A stretch of 64,000 nt of DNA from Chthonomonadaceae bacterium (GCA_035650735.1 DASRGZ010000198.1:1-64000); one strand, 5' to 3'; counted from the stretch's first letter, positions 50,201 through 59,264 are shown. A program made the numbers and translations. The notes: generated by a model not told the origin, from the letters alone.

Positions 50201-51650
50201 CAGGAGTAATGTCCACCGTCATAGAGCCGCTATGGATGGGCAGCGGATAGAAGGGGTTGCCGCTGACGATGCCGGTGATGTCGGAGAGATCCTGGGGGAC
50301 GGCGCCGGAAATATCGTCGGCGTCAAAGACTAGGTTCGTGCGCGTGACGCGCCCGACCTCATCGGCGTCCAGGGTCGTGGTCACGCGGGCCATCGCATCG
50401 CCCGGTTCGCTGTGCAGAATGGTCACGGCGGCGCGCGCCACATAGCGCAGCAGCGGCGGCGTCAACTCCGGATGCTGGAAGACCTGGCTGCGGAAGGTCT
50501 GGCTGCGATGATTCATGTGGTCGCGAACGGTGACCGTAAAGGGAATCAGGTGCGGCATACGGCCCAGCTCGCCGCTGACCGAGAAGTTGCGATCCTGCAT
50601 CAGCGTGCCGAGGACCGACCCGGTAACGGCCATGATATGCGAGGTCTCGTAGCCGGGGAAGACGTCCACGACGTAGGCGGAGGTAATGGCCGCCTCCAGC
50701 GGCCCCAGCCCCATCAGGGGATGGCCGAAGCCGAGGATGCGGTTGCCGCGCCGGTACGTTACGGTGCCGTAGGCGGTAAGCTCGATATCGCCGGTCGCCA
50801 GCGAGGTTCCAAAGACGGAGCCGGGGCGCAGCGGAGCGGCCTTGAACGGATGCTTGCCTCCGCTGCCACCCCCGCGCACGATCATCACGTTATAGCCGAG
50901 GCGGGTGAGCTCCTGTTGCAGCCAGGCGCGGTCCCGCTCGCTGCCGCCGGTGATGGACATCATGGAGGTCGCCGGGTGCATTACGGCCATCGTGGCGGTA
51001 GAGTGGCGCGGGTCGTCCAGGTGCGCGTTCAGGACCAGCTTCGAGATGCGGCGGTTGCCAACCACAATCGGGTGCGGCAGCGTGGCAACGCGCGTGCGCA
51101 GGGGCGTCGGCCAGTTCGCTCCGACCCTGGCGCCTTCCGAAGCGGCCTTGGGCGCATTTTTCTCGGCGGGCTGGAAGTAGCTCGGATGCTGGGGGATGGC
51201 GGGGTCCCACGCCTCCAGCATGTCCTCGATGGGCGTCACCATGCCCAGCGGCTCTTTCGGAAACTCCTCGCCCATGGAGAAAGCCCCGATGATCTTGTTG
51301 CCGATATAGATCGGGCTGCCGCTCATGCCGTGGATAAGAAGGGCGCTGCGCCGGGTGATCGGCCCGCCCTGCATTCGGATCAGGATCAGGTCGTGGCCGA
51401 CGTTCTCTTTGCGTAGGATGCCGATGATTTTAACCTTAAAGCGCGAGATAGTGTTGCCCTTGAAGGTGGTCAGGCCGTAGCCCTCCATACCGGGCTTAAC
51501 CCGGCTCAGCGGCAGGATATCGGAGTAGCGGGGCGCGGCGGCCCGCGCAGAGGCCGTCGGCAGTAACAGGCCCAGGCAAACCAGAGCCCAAAAACCCACG
51601 ACGCTCGACGTGACGCGCCGGGGGATCAACGCTTGATAAAGGGCGGACAT
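47208..51650 (-). CDS. Secreted SpoIVB (S55)-type peptidase fused to beta-propeller and FN3/Ig-like domains
   Basis: Signal peptide; GMSGSP and FGHP; repeated LAxDxxGNLYxGTG blades; AGGAGG RBS. Confidence 0.85.
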   Translation of the reverse strand: MSALYQALIPRRVTSSVVGFWALVCLGLLLPTASARAAAPRYSDILPLSRVKPGMEGYGLTTFKGNTISRFKVKIIGILRKENVGHDLILIRMQGGPITRRSALLIHGMSGSPIYIGNKIIGAFSMGEEFPKEPLGMVTPIEDMLEAWDPAIPQHPSYFQPAEKNAPKAASEGARVGANWPTPLRTRVATLPHPIVVGNRRISKLVLNAHLDDPRHSTATMAVMHPATSMMSITGGSERDRAWLQQELTRLGYNVMIVRGGGSGGKHPFKAAPLRPGSVFGTSLATGDIELTAYGTVTYRRGNRILGFGHPLMGLGPLEAAITSAYVVDVFPGYETSHIMAVTGSVLGTLMQDRNFSVSGELGRMPHLIPFTVTVRDHMNHRSQTFRSQVFQHPELTPPLLRYVARAAVTILHSEPGDAMARVTTTLDADEVGRVTRTNLVFDADDISGAVPQDLSDITGIVSGNPFYPLPIHSGSMTVDITPGHNTATVERIFLKQGHYEPGDNLEVGVVLKPYRRDPILRTVSLKLPSDLPSGRYQLIVRGGAPSIVRLGPFILSGGSTDQQTPPVNVRQMVARLNERETNTDMVARLILNSVAPALEGEKLSQLPPNLSALMRSERNSGVRLERDEIRTTQPSDYVLTGTQQLVVTVVRKSTQEQSGGNASFGGPTMPNPPGSGTPTTPGNPPSGNLNEEGTQDVDSLPGARVEGGGTSADRWMAAEETKPDAGDSKSKAPSQPKTKKENKKRRPEKGKPATDAAPAASTETASTSTAKSEDTGSDKPVGRQLQTWRQSARTDFGQGSFYATSVSANGELRLAPTLRRLASTAETYIWSLAADDKGNLYAGTGTSGKILKVDKEGQIIPFASLPVVAVQSLLLGRDGMLWAGSGVKGSLFKVAPDGTYKLVRSLPEKYILALAEDSKGNLYIGPGGGGTVYKIAAGDNSATATPFLKTNADHVMALAVDSGDNLYVGTGNEGTLYKVTPDGKSSVLYDAKENSITALAVDGAGNVYAGTGPKGLLYRIAPDGTAAVLYDRATAFYTGLKLAPDGTLYASTVNTIYHILPAASGDASDTTIQSLDNPKEVDFLTLTVAPDGSVYTGTGNVGEIYTTSLNAGKQGAQTGTYESVIHDARLISRWGTARWNAQTPTGTSVRVETRTGNVAEPDSTWSAWSPVQMVSGYPAEGTVTSPPARFIQYRLTLETTSPQAQPAVREVAIGYMPRNQAPKVSFQAPTGGERWAKTQTIRWNGEDPDKDTLTYALYYSNDAGATWKPLPTDGKAAETSQATSTGAKSAAPAAGKTDLGKRIENDPSIPPALKEMALKSVRDRQSADSQAAGATTMRETSKTWDTKTLPDGTYWLKVVASDRLSNPVDAQTAQAISEPFIICNAPPQLTMLSPVVGPDGGVKLEGSVSQPLIEVTAVQYRVDGGDWIAAVPKDGLFDTPQEAFTLSTGPLAKGKHTLEVKAFNAAGSTATSKIEVNVP

Positions 51651-51718
51651 GGAGATTCTTCCCTCCTGATGGAACCTGTAAGACATGACGGATAGGCAGC
51701 GGGGCCAACCCGGCGGGG

Positions 51719-52090
51719 TCAGTAGGGGTTGACCAACGGCTCGGCAACGGTCTCCAGTTGCTCGCCGTCGGCGCTGACACGGCGGAAGAAACAGGAGCGA
51801 TAGCCCTCATGGCAGGCCGCACCCACTTGCTCGACCTTCACCAACAGGCAGTCCTGATCGCAGTCCACATAGACTCCTTTAACGTTCTGAACAAACCCGG
51901 ACGTTTCCCCTTTAACCCAGAATTTCTGGCGAGAGCGGCTCCAGAACGTGACGCGCCCACTGGCGAGGGTGCGCTCTACCGCCTCCTTGTTCATATAACC
52001 AAGCATTAACACATCGCCGTTGGCCGCATCCTGCACGACGGCGGGGATGAGGCCGTTAGCGTCAAATTTCAATCCTTGCGGAACCTGCAC
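51719..52090 (-). CDS. hisI: Phosphoribosyl-AMP cyclohydrolase
   Basis: [33 protein letters not shown]. Confidence 0.95.
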   Translation of the reverse strand: MQVPQGLKFDANGLIPAVVQDAANGDVLMLGYMNKEAVERTLASGRVTFWSRSRQKFWVKGETSGFVQNVKGVYVDCDQDCLLVKVEQVGAACHEGYRSCFFRRVSADGEQLETVAEPLVNPY

Positions 52091-52147
52091 GAATCCATTC
52101 TCCTTAAATGTATACGCAACTCACCGGCAATTGGCTCACCTTCTTAG

Positions 52148-52342
52148 CCTACCCCCCCGGCCCCACTGCTAGGGTCGGCGCTACAACGGTTCGCGCCTCC
52201 GCCTAGCGATCCTACGAGGGAAGGGAGGGACCCGGCTTCTGTTCTCCCTTCTCCCTAGCAGGGAGAAGGGCCGGGGAGGAGGGTAGAACAAGGCTTCTCC
52301 TCTCCCCTCTCCTTGCGAAGGAGAGGGGCCGGGGGTGAGGTC
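52148..52342. repeat. REP-like cluster with one 45-bp element (52165-52209)
   Basis: Hairpins cccttctccc...gggagaaggg and cccctctcc...ggagagggg; ACTGCTAGGGTCGG...CCTCCGCCTAGCGA insert. Confidence 0.82.
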
Positions 52343-52350
52343 TACCGAAA

Positions 52351-53121
<771 letters not shown>

Positions 53122-53153
53122 AGTAGAGTTCATTATAGCACACCCTGCCGCCG

Positions 53154-53183
53154 TTGACAAATTGGCGCTGACGGGCGTAAAAT
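53154..53183 (+). promoter_or_regulatory. sigma70-type promoter
   Basis: TTGACA-N18-TAAAAT. Confidence 0.6.
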
Positions 53184-53238
53184 CACGCGGGAAAGCCCGT
53201 ACTATTAGCGACAGTCCAAAAGAAGCCCGTTCCCTTTA

Positions 53239-53471
53239 GAGCGTGGGATGCACTTGGGTCCTCTTGAGGAGATAGGCCAGCCGCTCATTAGAGGCTTGGT
53301 GCTCGCTTTTTAGCGAGCACCAAGCGGTCATCAGCCTCCAAGTCCTCTCTCGAAGCAGGCAAAAAAGGGCAGGTAGACACTCCCAGCCGTGTGGATCAAT
53401 CTCACGCAGCCTGCTGCTGAGGAGATACGTCAACACCGTTGGGAGGGATTACCAAAGTGCATAACACCCTC
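53239..53471. mobile_element. 233-bp MITE-like element (IS5/IS630-type ends), or a structured RNA
   Basis: Imperfect TIRs GAGCGTGGGATGCACTTGGGT / GAGGGTGTTATGCACTTTGGT (17/21), TA on both flanks, internal perfect 14-bp hairpin. Confidence 0.6.
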
Positions 53472-53562
53472 TAGAAAAGAAGACGGCTTGTTAGAAAAGA
53501 AGACGGGCTTGCTCGGCTCGTCGTTATCCCTATAATCCTGATAGTTTGGAGAATTTGTGCTT

Positions 53563-54258
53563 ATGCGTCCTCTGTTTGCCTTTGGCGCGCTCATCGGCGT
53601 CGCCATTCTGATCATGGCGCTGGCGACCTTATCGCGTCCCAACGATGGGAGAACCTTTGCCCCCAAAGAGGAGGCCGAGAGCCAATCCAGCGCCGCCTCG
53701 CAGCCGCCCGCGCCCAAACCAAGCGCCTTCAATCCCGAGCGCGCTCAGGCTTTTGACAAGTATAAGGCGGGCGCGGTCCGCGCCACGCTCAGCGTCGAGA
53801 ACCGGGGCACACTGACCCTGGAGCTCTATCCGAAGGCTGCGCCCAAGACCGTCGCCCACTTCGTAGACCTGTGCAAGCGGCATTTCTATGACGGCATCAA
53901 GTTCCACCGCGTCGTGCCCGGCTTCGTCGCGCAGGCCGGCGATCCCAACTCAAAAAGCGTGGACGGCGCGGAGTTGGCCGCCACCAGCCCCGACGACGTT
54001 CCGATGAAGTTCGGCCTGGGCTCCGGCGGGTCCGGCAAGACCGTGCCGCTGGAAGCCCACCTGCCGCACCTGCCCTACACGCTCGGCCTGGCGCGCTCGC
54101 AGGACCCGGACACCGGCGACAGCCAGTTCTATATCAACCTGGCGAATAACGCACGGCTAGATTCAGGCTACTGCGTGTTCGGCCGCATTGTCGCCGGGGA
54201 GGATATCGCCTCCAAAATCCAGCAGGGCGACCGCATTACGCGCCTGAGTGTGCCCTAG
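53563..54258 (+). CDS. Cyclophilin-type peptidyl-prolyl isomerase, membrane-anchored or exported
   Basis: APKTV..F, FYDG..FHRVV..FVAQAGD, LARS, SQFYI, YCVFG. Confidence 0.92.
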   Translation: MRPLFAFGALIGVAILIMALATLSRPNDGRTFAPKEEAESQSSAASQPPAPKPSAFNPERAQAFDKYKAGAVRATLSVENRGTLTLELYPKAAPKTVAHFVDLCKRHFYDGIKFHRVVPGFVAQAGDPNSKSVDGAELAATSPDDVPMKFGLGSGGSGKTVPLEAHLPHLPYTLGLARSQDPDTGDSQFYINLANNARLDSGYCVFGRIVAGEDIASKIQQGDRITRLSVP

Positions 54259-54290
54259 AAAACGATTCGACTAAAGGAGTAGATCACCGC

Positions 54291-54896
54291 ATGTTTCGAC
54301 AGCTTTTTTCCGCTGCGGCAACAGCTATCGCGCTGGCCGTTGCCGCCCAGGGCGCTCCGGCAGCCAAACCGCCGGCTTCCCATGCGGCCAACCCACGCGT
54401 GAGCATGGTTATCGAGAAGCGCGGCACCGTCGTTCTTGAGCTCTTCCCCAAAGATGCCCCCAAAACGGTGGCTCACTTCCTCGACCTGGTAAATAAGAAG
54501 TTTTACGACCGCGTTCTGTTCCATCGGGTGGTGTCGAAATTTGTGGTGCAGGCCGGCGATCCGAAGTCTAAATCCGTCAACGGCGCCCTGCTGGCCGACA
54601 TCCCTGATACCGAGGTCGGCCCCCGGTTCGGCCTGGGCGCAGGCGGTTCGGGCAAGACCGTGCCGCTGGAGGCCAATCGCCCCCATTTGCACGGGACATT
54701 AGGCCTGGCCCGCTCCATGGACCCCAACAGCGGCGACAGCCAGTTCTTTATCAACCTCAACGACAACCACCCCCTGGACTACAAGTACTGCGTGTTTGGC
54801 CGAGTCGTCAAGGGGATGGACGTGGTGGATAAGATCCGCCAAGGCGACCGCATCCAGTCCATCCGTGTTCTCACCGGCAGCAAGGCCAGGAAGTAG
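54291..54896 (+). CDS. Cyclophilin-type peptidyl-prolyl isomerase, exported
   Basis: Same motifs as upstream paralog; signal peptide; AAGGAG RBS. Confidence 0.92.
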   Translation: MFRQLFSAAATAIALAVAAQGAPAAKPPASHAANPRVSMVIEKRGTVVLELFPKDAPKTVAHFLDLVNKKFYDRVLFHRVVSKFVVQAGDPKSKSVNGALLADIPDTEVGPRFGLGAGGSGKTVPLEANRPHLHGTLGLARSMDPNSGDSQFFINLNDNHPLDYKYCVFGRVVKGMDVVDKIRQGDRIQSIRVLTGSKARK

Positions 54897-54918
54897 GCGC
54901 ATTGCCCCTGCGCGCACC

Positions 54919-54946
54919 TAAACCCGGCCCTCCGTTTTGCCGATAT
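54919..54946 (+). promoter_or_regulatory. sigma28 (FliA/SigD) promoter
   Basis: TAAA-N16-GCCGATAT upstream of the HDOD gene. Confidence 0.7.
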
Positions 54947-54974
54947 GATAGGCAGACGGAGGGCTTCAATTCGT

Positions 54975-55835
54975 ATGGACCTGAAAGCTATCGAGGTCAA
55001 GCTGGCGCGGGCGACCACGCTGCCTATTTTGCCTAACGTGGCCTCTCAATTGCTACGCCTGACGGAAAATCCGAACGCCAACGCCCGCGACTATGAGCGG
55101 ATCATCTCTCAGGATGCGGCAATGGCCGCCAAAGTCCTGCGCACGGCCAATTCCCCCTATTTTGGCGGGCACGGCCAGATCACGACGCTCCAGCGCGCGC
55201 TCGTGCAGCTTGGCGCCAATACCATCCGGTCCATCTGCCTGACGGTAGCCTTCCAATCCGCCTTGATGAACAAGCCGTTCAGCAAGCGCTTTCGGGTCGT
55301 TGAGTTCTGGAAGCACAGCCTAGCCGTCGCCAGCGCCGCCAAGGTGCTGGCCCACATCAAGCGCAGCCCGCACGCCGAAGAGGCGTTCGTGGCCGGCCTG
55401 GTGCATGACATCGGCAAGCTCGCCCTGGCCCTGTTCCTGCCGATTGAAGCCAACCGGATCTATAGCCTGGTCGAATTAGAGAAGATTTCCGATTACGAAG
55501 CCGAAATGCAGACGCTGGAGCTGACGCATCAGGAGATCGGGCTTCTGGCGGCGGAGCGCTGGAGCCTGCCGGAGCTCTACTTTGCGCCTATCTCCAAGCA
55601 CCATACGCCGCTTGAGGATGTCTTTGAGATCGATCCCCTGACCGCGTTCGTGCATGTCGGCAATGCCCTGGCCTACGAAATGGACCTGGGCTTCTCTCCG
55701 CCCGGCATCTGGAATAGCGCCGACCCGATTGTTCTGGATTTCCTGGAAATTCCCGAAGCGCAGTACGAGCCGATCCGCCTGGCCATCGCCAAGGAGATAC
55801 AGGTCATCAGTAAATATATCGGCCTCGAAACCTAA
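54975..55835 (+). CDS. Stand-alone HDOD domain protein
   Basis: LPILP, QD...AKVLR.ANS, FWKHSLAVA, AGLVHDIGK, W.LP. Confidence 0.92.
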   Translation: MDLKAIEVKLARATTLPILPNVASQLLRLTENPNANARDYERIISQDAAMAAKVLRTANSPYFGGHGQITTLQRALVQLGANTIRSICLTVAFQSALMNKPFSKRFRVVEFWKHSLAVASAAKVLAHIKRSPHAEEAFVAGLVHDIGKLALALFLPIEANRIYSLVELEKISDYEAEMQTLELTHQEIGLLAAERWSLPELYFAPISKHHTPLEDVFEIDPLTAFVHVGNALAYEMDLGFSPPGIWNSADPIVLDFLEIPEAQYEPIRLAIAKEIQVISKYIGLET

Positions 55836-56134
55836 GATCCTCCGCCATTCCGGACCGTCGGGCCACCCGCCTGGCGGCTGCGGCAAGGCGGCTTGCAGAG
55901 GGCAGACCGTTGCTTCCTCCCCAAAGGCGGAAGAAGGAAACGGCAAGGCGGCTTGAAGACGACACATCCTCGTTCCTGATGGAAGAGCGTTCCTGACGGA
56001 AGAGGGTGTGTCTGTTTTTTTCGGGCAGGACTTGCACGTACTTTTGCCGAATTGCCCTGCGGGATCGCTCGGGTTTGCATGGCCCTCAGCGAAGAATAGT
56101 GCCAGCCTCGATCCTCTCTATATCGCAAATCCCA

Positions 56135-56204
56135 GGTAGTGTCCCTCTACAGAGTTGATAAGGTCATCGGCGACGAAGTATCAACTCTCTATGGGTACAC
56201 TACC
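56135..56204. mobile_element. 70-bp MITE with 26-bp TIRs and 9-bp target site duplication (Mutator/IS256-like ends)
   Basis: TIRs 22/26 identical starting GGTAGTGT; CAAATCCCA at 56126-56134 and 56205-56213. Confidence 0.85.
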
Positions 56205-56238
56205 CAAATCCCAACACGCATAAAAGGAGTTGGCCACG

Positions 56239-57258
56239 ATGACCGATGGCAAAATAGGGATCGCCCTGCTCTCCTTCGCTCACGTTCATGCGCGCGGTTA
56301 CGCCGATCAGGTACGGGATCATCCCGATTGCCAGACCGTCGCCATCTGGGATGAGGACCCAGAGCGCGGCCAGGCGGAGGCCGCCAAGCGCGGCGTGCCC
56401 TTCTACAACAGCCTGGAGGCCGTACTGGCGCTGCCCGAAGTGGAGGGCGTTGTCGTGAATGCGCCCACCAGCGAGCATAAAGACATTCTTATAATGGCGG
56501 CGCGCTACGGTAAGCACATCTTCACCGAGAAATCCCTGACCATTACGACCGCTGAGGCCAATGAGGTGGTGCGGGCCGTAGAGGATGCAGGCATCCGGTT
56601 CATGATCTCGCTGCCCTCGCGCACCCGCCCGGAGATCCTATTCGCGAAGAAGGTGCTGGACGAGGGCCTGCTGGGCGATGTGACCCTGATGCGCGCCCGT
56701 ATCGCCCACATGGCCGCGCTGGACCGGTGGTTTTCCGGCGGGTCGGCCTGGTTCGGGGATGAGGCGCAGGCCGGCGGCGGCGCCTTCTTTGACCTGGGCT
56801 GCCATCGGGTGGATGTGATGCGCTGGTTCCTGGGCGAGCCGGCCTCCGTCGTGGCGCAGATGAACAACTTCAGCAGCGCCTACGACATTGACGATAACAT
56901 GGTCGCCGTCGTTGAGTTTCGCAATAAGGCCCTGGGCATCCTGGATGTCTCCTGGGTGCATCGGCACGGCCCTAACCCGCTGGAGATCTACGGCACGGAG
57001 GGCTACCTGGGCATCGAGAGCGCGGCGGGCGGGCCGCGCATCCAGCTCATCAGCAACAAGCTGCGCATGGGCGATATTCAGGGCTATATCTCGCCGACCA
57101 ACCTGCCCCCGGCCCTGCCCTCGCCGCTGCATCAGTGGATCTCGGCGATCAAGGACGGCACGACTCCGACCATCTCCCTCTACGATGGCTGGCATCTGGT
57201 TCAACTGCTGGAGGGCTGCTACACGGCGGCCCGCGAAGGCCGCCAGGTGATTTTTTAA
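56239..57258 (+). CDS. Gfo/Idh/MocA family oxidoreductase
   Basis: SFAHVHA, HIFTEK, GGGAFFDLGCH; AAGGAG RBS. Confidence 0.9.
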   Translation: MTDGKIGIALLSFAHVHARGYADQVRDHPDCQTVAIWDEDPERGQAEAAKRGVPFYNSLEAVLALPEVEGVVVNAPTSEHKDILIMAARYGKHIFTEKSLTITTAEANEVVRAVEDAGIRFMISLPSRTRPEILFAKKVLDEGLLGDVTLMRARIAHMAALDRWFSGGSAWFGDEAQAGGGAFFDLGCHRVDVMRWFLGEPASVVAQMNNFSSAYDIDDNMVAVVEFRNKALGILDVSWVHRHGPNPLEIYGTEGYLGIESAAGGPRIQLISNKLRMGDIQGYISPTNLPPALPSPLHQWISAIKDGTTPTISLYDGWHLVQLLEGCYTAAREGRQVIF

Positions 57259-57267
57259 GCAGAAGTG

Positions 57268-57633
57268 ATGGAAGAGCAGGATAATTTCGAGGCAGTCTAT
57301 GCCTTTGTTCGCAGCGTACCGCCGGGCAAAGTGGTGACCTATGGGCAGGTAGCGGGGATGGTCGAAGGCGTTTCGCTGACGGCCCGCCAGGTGGGCGCGG
57401 CCATGCACGTCGCGCCCAAGGATGTTCCCTGGCAGCGTGTCGTGGGCGCGGGCGGCGCGCTGCCCATCGCCAAGCGCAACCCGGATCTCAAAAAGCTGCA
57501 ACGGCGCCTGCTGGAGCAGGAAGGCGTGCGCTTTCTGCCCGGTGAGGAAGACCGGGTGGATATGGCGCGCTGCCAGTGGCGACCGCAAGGCCAGGAAACG
57601 GAACAGGGCAGTCTGTTCGCCGAGGAAGAATGA
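57268..57633 (+). CDS. Alkyltransferase-like (ATL/YbaZ, MGMT-family) DNA-binding protein
   Basis: VPPGKVVTYGQVA, ARQVG, VPWQRVV (Trp in place of the active Cys). Confidence 0.9.
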   Translation: MEEQDNFEAVYAFVRSVPPGKVVTYGQVAGMVEGVSLTARQVGAAMHVAPKDVPWQRVVGAGGALPIAKRNPDLKKLQRRLLEQEGVRFLPGEEDRVDMARCQWRPQGQETEQGSLFAEEE

Positions 57634-58544
57634 ATCGGACGCGCAACCGCAGAACCCGGCAGGCTGTTGCGACGGCACGCCCGCGCCGTGAGGAGCGTCC
57701 GCCACCTCAGCCCCAACCGCCGCCCGACGCCCCGCGCGTGCTCGTCATTTTCGGTCCCACTTCTTCTGGCAAGACGGCCCTCTCGTTGGAGCTAGCGGAG
57801 AGCCTGCCGGCGGCGCTGGGGCAGGAGATCGAGGTCGTGAGCGCCGACTCACGGCAGGTCTATGTCGGGATGAACATTGGCACCAGCAAGGTCAGCCGTG
57901 AGGTCATGCTTCGTGTGCCGCATCACTGCCTGGACATGCGCCCACCGGATCGGATGGTCTCTCTGGCCGAGTACCAGGCACTGGCGATCCGGCGCATCAC
58001 CGAAATCCACGCACGGGGCCGCCTGCCGGTGCTGGTCGGTGGGACTGGCTCTTACGTCTTGAGCGTCGTCGAGAACTGGAACGTGGGCGAGGAGTTGCTA
58101 GCGGAAGAGACGAACTATCGGGCGCGCGGCAAAGGGCCGCCGCTCTTCCGCGCGGCTTTCATCCGTCCCGCGACGAGCCTGGACGCGGTGATGCGCCGCA
58201 TTGATCGGGCGGTGGAGGCGATGATCGAGGCGGGATTGGTCGAGGAGGTCGTCAGCCTCGCCGAGCGCTACCGTTTGTGGGACCCGGCACGGCTGAACCG
58301 AAATGCCCTCTGGCATACGCACGGCTACCGCGAGTTCCTGGAGCGAGCGCACGCACAGCCCCCTATCCGCCTGCGCCCCACAAAGCGCGATTTGCCCGGT
58401 ATCATTGCCGCCATCCAGGAGCATACGCGCGCCTATGCACATCGGCAATGGAGCTGGCTCAAGAAGATGCCGCCTGTAAAGCCCGTCGCAAGCGGAAAGA
58501 AAGCCGTGGAAGCAGTCAAAGAGTTATTGGCAGCCGATGAATGA
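57630..58544 (+). CDS. MiaA-like dimethylallyltransferase with shortened central insertion domain
   Basis: GPTSSGKT, SADSRQVY.GMNIGTSK, PHH, VGGTG.Y, GYRE, TRAYAHRQ. Confidence 0.85.
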   Translation: MNRTRNRRTRQAVATARPRREERPPPQPQPPPDAPRVLVIFGPTSSGKTALSLELAESLPAALGQEIEVVSADSRQVYVGMNIGTSKVSREVMLRVPHHCLDMRPPDRMVSLAEYQALAIRRITEIHARGRLPVLVGGTGSYVLSVVENWNVGEELLAEETNYRARGKGPPLFRAAFIRPATSLDAVMRRIDRAVEAMIEAGLVEEVVSLAERYRLWDPARLNRNALWHTHGYREFLERAHAQPPIRLRPTKRDLPGIIAAIQEHTRAYAHRQWSWLKKMPPVKPVASGKKAVEAVKELLAADE

Positions 58545-58607
58545 TAATGACAATAAATGGGCCGGATAAAAGCCTTTCTTGAAATATCGTAAGGAACTCT
58601 GAGACCC

Positions 58608-59216
58608 ATGGCGGTCTGCTGGTATTTCTATCGTTTCGACTATGCGCGATACCTGGCGCTGCGCCCGGCGCTCCGCTCCGCGACCCAGCCCGCCGCCTTC
58701 GCCGCCATCGCCGAGGGAGCGGAGACGGAAGCGATTGTGACCTCCTTAGAGGAGGGAACGCTCACCCTTTCGGAGGCGCGCAACGCCTTTGTTCAGGCGG
58801 TCTGCTGCCTGGGGGATCCGCTGATCCTGGAGCGGGGCCTGCCGCGCTTCGTTGCCGCCCTGCGGCGTCGGCGGGGCGCGGAGGACGCGGCGGAACTGCT
58901 GGGCGAGCTGCTGACTGGCGGCAAAAATATGGAGACCTGGCTTCTCCCTGCGTCGGGACTGATCGGCTTTCTCACGCCGGAGGAGACGCAGATGCTCCGG
59001 AACTACTACGCGACCGTTCCGCGACGTGGGAGCCTTCGATGGGGCACGGCCCGGCGTCGGGGGGTGCGGCGCGGCGGCCTGGTGGGGGCGTGCGTTGGCT
59101 TCGTGGCCCGGCTGTTCGACCGGGGGCCGCAGTTGGAGGAGATGCTGCCCCTGCTTGGCGATCTCATCGAGGAGGCCGCCAATGCCAGCGAGGGCCTGGC
59201 CGTCGTTGCCGCCTGA
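58608..59216 (+). CDS. Hypothetical protein
   Basis: AAGGA RBS; GC3-biased codon usage; fills the gap between genes. Confidence 0.7.
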   Translation: MAVCWYFYRFDYARYLALRPALRSATQPAAFAAIAEGAETEAIVTSLEEGTLTLSEARNAFVQAVCCLGDPLILERGLPRFVAALRRRRGAEDAAELLGELLTGGKNMETWLLPASGLIGFLTPEETQMLRNYYATVPRRGSLRWGTARRRGVRRGGLVGACVGFVARLFDRGPQLEEMLPLLGDLIEEAANASEGLAVVAA

Positions 59217-59264
59217 TGTCAATTCTGCCGGGCCGGGAGTGAGGTCACTTCATGAAAGGAACTT

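Noticed and set aside
53239..53471. OLE RNA, from short recalled motif resemblances
   Set aside because: Far shorter than canonical OLE, resemblance is from memory only, and TIR/TA features explain the region; needs Infernal
56088..56104. Minus-strand sigma54 promoter TGGCAC-TATTC-TTCGC
   Set aside because: The GC is one base out of register
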